In this document: positions 57,712-64,000 of the stretch, piece after piece | Layout: each line of letters starts with the position of its first letter | How positions within the stretch are numbered: position 1 is the first letter of the stretch | DNA from: Candidatus Hydrogenedentota bacterium | GTDB taxonomy: Bacteria > Hydrogenedentota > Hydrogenedentia > Hydrogenedentales > SLHB01 | Direction: 5' to 3' | Length of the DNA: 64,000 nucleotides | NCBI GenBank assembly: GCA_963674865.2 | Contig: CAXXYE010000009.1 | Span: forward strand, 928,001-992,000 | Translations under genes and position numbers: made by a program | Notes under the pieces: model-generated | The model's database searches: none | What the model saw: the letters and a program-made list of their open reading frames with translations, nothing else | Told to the model about the DNA's origin: nothing

Positions 57712-60519
57712 CTACTCGACCTGATTGGCCGTCTTGAACTCGACTCGCTTGAGAATCCGGAGCTGTACCACCGTGAAGCCGATGAGCGTAGAGCCGAGAA
57801 CCCAGGCCATTGCCGTCGCGTAGCCGAAACGTAGATAGAGAAACGCGTTCGCCCAGATGTGAATACCCATCACCATGGTCGAGTTTGCCGGCCCGCCGCC
57901 GGTCATGACGAACACGTTCTGCATAGCGTGAAACGCCCCGATAAACGCGCCAATGAAGTTGATCATGATCAACGCGCGGATTGCGGGGAACATGACGTGT
58001 CGAATCTTGTGGAAAAAATTCCCGCCGTCCAATGCGATGGATTCGTAGAGGTCTTCGGGCACCGTCTTCAACGCCGCCAGGTAGATGAGGCATCCGGGCC
58101 CGGCCCCGGCCCAGACTCCGGGAAGCACCACGCACACCATCGCGATGCCGGGCGTGTGCAGCCAGTCAATATAGGTTACGTCCGGGCCCACGACATGGAG
58201 AAAATGAAGGATCGGCATCATGATCCGGTTCAGAAAGCCGTTGGGTGTGGGCGCATACAGCATCTTCCAAAGGAACATGATCACCAAACCGGTTGTAACC
58301 GCCGGGAGGTAGAACATCGTCCGGAAGAACATCTTGCCCTTCGGCACTTCGCTCAAGAGAATGGCCAAGATGATCGGGGCGAAGAAGCCGATACTGAGGC
58401 TGATTCCAACGTACTGCACCGTGGCGCGAACGGAGTTCCAGAAATCCGGGCTCGTCATCACCTCGATGAAGTTCTGAAGGCCGACGAATTCACTCTTCGC
58501 ATACGAAGATATCTTGTAGTCGAAGAAGGCCATGAACGTCCCGCGGAAAAGCGGGAGATACTGCCACAACGTTACCGTCAAGAGCGCTGGCGCTAGAACA
58601 AGAGCCGCGATCATGGCGTTCCGTTTGCGCCCCGCGCCTGCGCCTACCACTTGGGATGCCTTGCTCGCCAGCGTCCCCGAGCGCGTGTCTGAACGCGCGC
58701 GGAGGGTGTAGATGAATGCCGCCAGAACCAGCGGCACTACAATACAGAAGGCCACGCTGCCCCAGAAATTCCGACGCCGTATCACTTCCGGCGGCACAAT
58801 TCGATACAGCTTCTCATTCGTCTGGTGCATGCTCGTAGCCGCCACTTCCGCGGGATCCCGCTCCTGGCCCCCCTGGAAGACGATGGTATCGACGGGCACC
58901 GCTAGCTCCGTGCCTTCGACGTGCTGGTAATGCAAATCATGCGGTTGGACCCGGCCGTATTTTGGCGCCATCTCGAGCGCTTCCCGGAAACTCGGCTCGT
59001 AGTCGTCGTATTCCTCGTCATAACCGAACTTCTCAAGCAACTGCGGACGGATGAGGTGCGCGTATCCATTCTTCACGTAAATGTCCGTTCGGATACGTTG
59101 CGCTTCCTCGCTGCACTGGAAAACGAGATACTCCCACGCGGCCTCCATCACTCGCGGATCCCGAATCGCCTGTGAACTCAGGCACCACGCCGTCCCCCCC
59201 GTGATCGCGCGCCGGACGCCGCCGGGGAGGCCCGATTGGGGCGGCGGGCCAAAACCTATCTGATCAGGTCGCAGGCCCCCTTTCGACACGACTATGTCAA
59301 TCTTGTCCGGGCGCACATGATCCAACATCATCGCGATCTCGCCCCGGTAGAACATCTCTTCTATCTCGCCGCCGACGCGAACCACACCGGTATAGACTGG
59401 CGCATCGTGGAGATCCCGCGCGCATTCCCGGCATGTGAACACCCTCTTCTCCGGGGGAACCGGAAGCGATGTTCCACAGACTCGGCAAGGCACGCTTTCA
59501 ACATGTCCGTGCACAGGATTCGGCTCATGACACTTCGGGCACACTACCGTGGGAAGGTCCTGCGCCTCGCCGCACGCTGGGCACCGCGTCCACTCCGACC
59601 AGCGGAGTTTTTTGTAGAACCGCAATGCCTCTTGGCCCGGCTCGCGCCCATACGTCACCTTCCACGTGCGAGGCTGATCGATCAGACTACGTCCGCACTC
59701 TCGACACGCGCATATGCGGTCTTCCTTGACAAATTCATTGACGGTGCCGTCGTCCGGGCACACCCGCTCCTGCATCGTCATGTTGCCGCCGGCTTGCCAA
59801 ACGAAATTCGTGAAGATGAAGCCCGCCTCATAGCCGGTGCGGATCGCCGTTCCGTACTGCCCCGCGTGGAATTTCGCTCCCTCGACTACGCGCTGCGGAA
59901 ACGTAAGCGTCTGGGCGAATTGGTAGTACTCGTTCCAATTCGACGGTGGTCGGGGAGGGACAATCCCGGCCGCCTCGAACAGGTCCCGCCGGTACCACAT
60001 GGTGAGGATCCAGTAGTCGCTGAGCAAGGCATAGAGCTTGCCGTCCTCGCCTTTGGCCGCGTCCCAATGATCCTCTGTCAGGCCCAGCGTAGGCACTTCC
60101 CAGCCTGGGTGCGCGCCCTTGTACTCCTCGATAAGCCCGTCCAGGGGGTACACGAGGCCGAGTCGAATGTAGTTCTGGACTTGGCGCATGCTCATGAAGA
60201 ACACGTCCGGGCCGCGCTCGCCCGCAAATGCCATCATGGATTGGGCTTCGCTCATGCCCTCGGGCAATGAAATGCCGGTGGTCGGCTCATAGCTGTATTC
60301 AGGATGCTTCCGAAAGAACTCGTCAAAGACCTTGAGTGCGGCGAGGTTGCTGATGGCCGTAGAACTGCGCTGAGGTACGAACGCCAAGCGAAAGACGACC
60401 TCTTTCCCGGCCCCCGTGTCTTCTTCACTCCCCGCGGCCGGCCCTGCCATCATCGCCAAGGCCAGCGCAATACAACACAGCCCCCGAAAGCTGCGTTCAT
60501 CAAAAGAGGGAGATGTCAC
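57712..60519 (-). CDS. Fused sugar-binding protein + MalF-like ABC permease with CxxC insertions
   Basis: Signal peptide; SBP-type MWYRRDLFEAAG and PSNWNE; C-terminal permease with FVGLQNF and LYESIALDGG. Confidence 0.85.
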   Translation of the reverse strand: MTSPSFDERSFRGLCCIALALAMMAGPAAGSEEDTGAGKEVVFRLAFVPQRSSTAISNLAALKVFDEFFRKHPEYSYEPTTGISLPEGMSEAQSMMAFAGERGPDVFFMSMRQVQNYIRLGLVYPLDGLIEEYKGAHPGWEVPTLGLTEDHWDAAKGEDGKLYALLSDYWILTMWYRRDLFEAAGIVPPRPPSNWNEYYQFAQTLTFPQRVVEGAKFHAGQYGTAIRTGYEAGFIFTNFVWQAGGNMTMQERVCPDDGTVNEFVKEDRICACRECGRSLIDQPRTWKVTYGREPGQEALRFYKKLRWSEWTRCPACGEAQDLPTVVCPKCHEPNPVHGHVESVPCRVCGTSLPVPPEKRVFTCRECARDLHDAPVYTGVVRVGGEIEEMFYRGEIAMMLDHVRPDKIDIVVSKGGLRPDQIGFGPPPQSGLPGGVRRAITGGTAWCLSSQAIRDPRVMEAAWEYLVFQCSEEAQRIRTDIYVKNGYAHLIRPQLLEKFGYDEEYDDYEPSFREALEMAPKYGRVQPHDLHYQHVEGTELAVPVDTIVFQGGQERDPAEVAATSMHQTNEKLYRIVPPEVIRRRNFWGSVAFCIVVPLVLAAFIYTLRARSDTRSGTLASKASQVVGAGAGRKRNAMIAALVLAPALLTVTLWQYLPLFRGTFMAFFDYKISSYAKSEFVGLQNFIEVMTSPDFWNSVRATVQYVGISLSIGFFAPIILAILLSEVPKGKMFFRTMFYLPAVTTGLVIMFLWKMLYAPTPNGFLNRIMMPILHFLHVVGPDVTYIDWLHTPGIAMVCVVLPGVWAGAGPGCLIYLAALKTVPEDLYESIALDGGNFFHKIRHVMFPAIRALIMINFIGAFIGAFHAMQNVFVMTGGGPANSTMVMGIHIWANAFLYLRFGYATAMAWVLGSTLIGFTVVQLRILKRVEFKTANQVE

Positions 60520-60729
60520 ACGTTATTCCTACACCCAAGAAAGCGATAGCAAACAGATTGCGTAGACCTGCCCACCAAGAAACGAAACCAGGAATGAACG
60601 CCCCAACCCGTGGACGAACATCACCCCGATCAGTGGCATGGGTAAAACTACAACTGGATGTCAAAATACCATCAAGGGCGGAATCGATTCAAGGGCCGGC
60701 CCAACCTTTGTGTCGCGCCTGCCGACACT

Positions 60730-61683
60730 CTAGCCTTCTGCGGCGCGCCGCTCGAGGAGATCCGAGAAATAGCCGACCGTTCGCTCCAGTCCTTCACTGA
60801 GCGGCACCGTCGGCTGCCATTGGAGGCGTTCGCGCGCTTGCGAGATATCCGGCTTGCGGCGGACGGGATCGTCTGATGGAAGCTCCTTGTACACAAGCTC
60901 TGAGCTGCTTCCCGTGAGTTCCAAGAGCCGCTCCGCCAGCGTCTTGATCGTCACCTCGTCAGGATTGCCCAGGTTCACCGGCCCGGTGAAATCCTCGCAG
61001 TCCATCATGCGGATAAGGCCTTCCACCAGGTCCGACACGAAGCAGAAGGAACGTGTCTGGCTGCCATCGCCGTAGATCGTTATGGGCTCGCCGCGCAGTG
61101 CCTGGACGGCGAAGTTGCTCACGACGCGGCCGTCGTTCACCAACATCCGCGGCCCGTAGGTGTTGAATATTCGTACGACGCGGATATCCACACGGTTCTG
61201 GCGATGGTAATCGAAGAACAGCGTTTCCGCGACGCGCTTGCCTTCATCGTAGCAACTGCGCACCCCGATGGGATTTACGTTGCCCCAGTAGTTCTCTTGC
61301 TGCGGATGCACCGTCGGATTTCCGTACACTTCCGACGTGGACGCCTGCAAAATGCGCGCCTTCACGCGCTTGGCAAGGCCCAACATAATGAGCGCGCCCA
61401 TCACATTTGTCTTGATCGTTTTCACGGGATTGTACTGGTAGTGAACCGGCGATGCCGGGCACGCCAAGTTGTAGATCCGATCGACTTCCACGAGGAGCGG
61501 CGTTGTGACATCGTGCCGGATGATCTCGAACTTGGGATGGCCGCAGAGGTGAACAATGTTCTCCTTGCGGCCCGTGAAGAAGTTGTCCAGGCAAAGGACT
61601 TCCTCCCCGCGGGCCAGAAGCCGCTCGCACAGGTGCGAGCCGATGAAGCCCGCGCCGCCCGTTATAAGATTGATGTGGGACAT
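60730..61683 (-). CDS. UDP-glucuronate decarboxylase (UXS-like SDR)
   Basis: [35 protein letters not shown]. Confidence 0.92.
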   Translation of the reverse strand: MSHINLITGGAGFIGSHLCERLLARGEEVLCLDNFFTGRKENIVHLCGHPKFEIIRHDVTTPLLVEVDRIYNLACPASPVHYQYNPVKTIKTNVMGALIMLGLAKRVKARILQASTSEVYGNPTVHPQQENYWGNVNPIGVRSCYDEGKRVAETLFFDYHRQNRVDIRVVRIFNTYGPRMLVNDGRVVSNFAVQALRGEPITIYGDGSQTRSFCFVSDLVEGLIRMMDCEDFTGPVNLGNPDEVTIKTLAERLLELTGSSSELVYKELPSDDPVRRKPDISQARERLQWQPTVPLSEGLERTVGYFSDLLERRAAEG

Positions 61684-61711
61684 TCCTATCTCCTATTACC
61701 GTCCGCCGGGC

Positions 61712-62749
61712 TTACCAATGCCGCAGTCCCCTGCGCGCGAGGTAGATGGGGATCACTTTGAACGAGGCGTTCACTGAGGGCAGCGCCTCCGCGAATGCCC
61801 GTTTGCGGGCACTCTCCGCGCCGAACAGAAGTGTCAGCGAGCCGCCCTCTCCTCCCGCGCCGTTTACCTTCCAGCCTATCGCTCCGTGTTCCCGGGCCAA
61901 GGCGATTACCGACTGCGCCCCTTCCGATACCAGGGCCGGATGCAGCGCTCCTTGCGCTTCGGTATTCAGCGTCATGGCCCGCCCGAAGCCATTGAGATTC
62001 CCTGCCAATAGCGCGTTTTTTCCATCGTATGCCGCGCGGCGAAGAGGTTCCAGCGCCGATTTATCCGCATCCTCGGCCTCGAGCCGCGCGATCACCTGCC
62101 CGTGCACCTCGCTTGACGAGTGCGTGCGCCCGAGGTAGACGAGCATCAGCCGCCGCTCGAGTTCCCACCATAACCTGTCGGGAATGGGAACGGGCGATAC
62201 GGATGCTTCCGGATAGTGGAACATCTCGATGAAACTGATCCCCCCGTAGCTCGAACAGAGCTGATCCTGTATGCCGCATTGCAGCCCCAGCTTCTCCGTT
62301 TCCACGCGATGCGCCAAGGCAGCTACTTCGTGCGCGGTGCGCTGCCCCGGCGTCAGCAAGTCCAGGGCCCCAATCAAAGCCACCGTCACCGCTGCCGAGG
62401 TTCCCGTCGAACATCCCGCGGGCGCGGCCGAATACAGGTTCACCTCAAAGGAGAGCGACTCGGGCAGCTCCATGATTTCGACAGCGGCTTCCAGCAGCGG
62501 GTGGCGATCATACTCTCCTTGGCCGGGCTCGATGGCGTATCGCTCGCCGAAATTCTCCGCATGGATCGTAATCTGGCGCGGCGCGCCTTCTTTTCGCTCC
62601 GTCGCGAAAATCTGCACCTCCGCAAACGGATATACGGCGATATTCAGTACGGCGCCCTTCTCGGCAAACCACGTATCCGTCCATCCACCGAGGTCGCAAA
62701 TGCGGATCGGCGCCACCGCGTTCAGCACCCTTTGCATCGGCATTGTCAT
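61712..62749 (-). CDS. GHMP sugar kinase, HddA-like
   Basis: APIRICDLGGWTD, PAGCSTGTS, GIQDQ, KVNGAGG. Confidence 0.85.
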   Translation of the reverse strand: MTMPMQRVLNAVAPIRICDLGGWTDTWFAEKGAVLNIAVYPFAEVQIFATERKEGAPRQITIHAENFGERYAIEPGQGEYDRHPLLEAAVEIMELPESLSFEVNLYSAAPAGCSTGTSAAVTVALIGALDLLTPGQRTAHEVAALAHRVETEKLGLQCGIQDQLCSSYGGISFIEMFHYPEASVSPVPIPDRLWWELERRLMLVYLGRTHSSSEVHGQVIARLEAEDADKSALEPLRRAAYDGKNALLAGNLNGFGRAMTLNTEAQGALHPALVSEGAQSVIALAREHGAIGWKVNGAGGEGGSLTLLFGAESARKRAFAEALPSVNASFKVIPIYLARRGLRHW

Positions 62750-62823
62750 CGGGCATGTTCTCCTACACTTGCTAACGGCTGCCCTGCAAGAACGGTTTGG
62801 AGTCTAGCCGATGCGGCGGGCTC

Positions 62824-62852
62824 TTGTCACCTCCGGTTTTATGGGCTATAAT
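62824..62852 (+). promoter_or_regulatory. Sigma70 promoter
   Basis: TTGTCA-17 nt-TATAAT. Confidence 0.65.
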
Positions 62853-62893
62853 TGTGGATTGTTCGTTTTTGGGCCACACAAAAAGGGATTCTT

Positions 62894-64000
62894 ATGCGCC
62901 ATGGCGCCAGTCTAGTCGCGGCGATGGAGGGTATTTCCCGGCCCGCGTTCCGAATCGCCAGGGAACTTGCGCAGAACAGCCGTTCCGGCCTTACCGTGCG
63001 CTTCCTGGCCAAGAAGCTCGAAATTCCCGCCGAGGAGGTCGAGTATCTCGTAGATCTCCACCACCGCTTGCTGTTCATCGACATCACCAAGGTCAAACTT
63101 GCCGCCGAAGGCCACAGTGCCGTGAAGCGCATCGTCCAGGGACTGGAGAACCGCGGGGATGTGCCGTCCTTGTTCCGCTTGGTCAAAGCACTGAGCGCCC
63201 ACGAGTTCCGTCGCCTCGAAGAGCAGATTGGCGTCGAGAAGCCCGGTACCAAGAAAGCCGCCGCCCAGCACCTGCTCGAGCGCTTCTACACCACGCCCGA
63301 AGCCATCGTCTCCTATGTTGCCACGCGTGGCTATTCTCCCAAGGCTCGCGAACTGTTTGATATCGTTTGGCAATCCAAGGACGGCGTCATGCCTGTCTCC
63401 AAGATCCGCGCGACGTACGGCGGATCCGACTACGACGTGGAACAGGCCCTGTGGGAGCTCTTTCGAGGTTGCTCCCTATTTGAGATGTTCCGGTTTGATG
63501 CCGAAGATCGCCTTGTGCGCGTCGCCGGCCTTCTCTCCGAAATACGGCAATGGCGCGACGCCAACGCCGGCGCTCGCCGGCGTCGCCACGCGTTGAAACG
63601 CGCCCGCGGCGCCCCAGTGGACATCGATGAGCGCGAACTCGACCTCTCTGATCGGGCCTGCCGTCTGGTGGCCGCCATAGCCGCGAAGCCCGCTCGGCTC
63701 CGGAACGACGGCGAACTCTTCCGCGAAGATCGGGCCCGGCTGGAGCCTCTTGGCCCCGAAGGAGTCGAGCCTTCCCTCAACACGCTTCTCTGGATGGCCG
63801 AGGGCGTGGGCTGGCTTGCCCGCGTTGACAACGAGTTGCGCGCGGGGGAGTTGGAGGACCTCATCGAACTGAGCCGCCTTCAGCGCCACCGCATTCTCTT
63901 CGATTGGCTTACGGCCCGAACGAACGAAGCCATGGCCCGGCGTTCCCTTATCGAGATGCTCGACGAGATGAAGCCGGGAACGTGGTATCCCACCATGGAC
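62894..64000 (+). CDS. Partial ORF running off the window; helical/wHTH-rich, possibly an XPB-helicase-associated (Helicase_C_3-type) protein
   Basis: Open frame from ATG 62894 (MRHGASLVAAMEGISRPAFRIAREL...) to the window end; absent from the ORF track because it has no stop. Family call is tentative. Confidence 0.65.
   Translation, partial: MRHGASLVAAMEGISRPAFRIARELAQNSRSGLTVRFLAKKLEIPAEEVEYLVDLHHRLLFIDITKVKLAAEGHSAVKRIVQGLENRGDVPSLFRLVKALSAHEFRRLEEQIGVEKPGTKKAAAQHLLERFYTTPEAIVSYVATRGYSPKARELFDIVWQSKDGVMPVSKIRATYGGSDYDVEQALWELFRGCSLFEMFRFDAEDRLVRVAGLLSEIRQWRDANAGARRRRHALKRARGAPVDIDERELDLSDRACRLVAAIAAKPARLRNDGELFREDRARLEPLGPEGVEPSLNTLLWMAEGVGWLARVDNELRAGELEDLIELSRLQRHRILFDWLTARTNEAMARRSLIEMLDEMKPGTWYPTMD

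Noticed and set aside
1600..63889. Numerous antisense and alternate-frame ORFs (for example 1600-2544, 5005-6249, 28210-29493, 49649-51013, 59236-60270, 62912-63373)
   Set aside because: These are shadow ORFs of high-GC coding regions that overlap better-supported genes and carry no motifs.
1..64000. tRNA or rRNA genes
   Set aside because: None recognised by eye in the intergenic regions; not confirmed with tRNAscan or similar tools.

Overview
A GC-rich bacterial chromosomal segment. Many 'xAGC' lipoproteins, sulfatases, GH29/GH36/GH38 glycosidases and a fused SBP-permease ABC transporter suggest a PVC-like or Hydrogenedentota-like glycan degrader; this is inference only. Housekeeping content includes aceE-aceF-lpdA, xerD, an OmpA-family gene, crcB, tsaA/trmO, manC, a Cu-type P-ATPase, an aminotransferase and nucleotide-sugar enzymes. 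The main accessory feature is a minus-strand array at about 7.07-15.9 kb whose genes are separated by integron attC-like sites, with no intI nearby (CALIN-like). Its last cassette is a 699-aa UG/Abi-type reverse transcriptase (YVDD) with an alpha-helical middle and a C-terminal RN-x5-H HEPN-like motif. A roughly 150-nt base-paired non-coding segment lies directly upstream of it, making a candidate RT-HEPN plus ncRNA anti-phage cassette. The array also carries a Tat-exported GH29 fucosidase cassette and a partial duplication spanning one attC. Other elements are an intact IS1202-family IS with 17-bp target duplications (38068-39649), REP-like repeats around an IS200-like tnpA remnant, an orphan structured RNA candidate (22.4-22.57 kb), and an SBP-permease fusion with inserted CxxC repeats. 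All calls were made by eye; no searches or folding programs were run.
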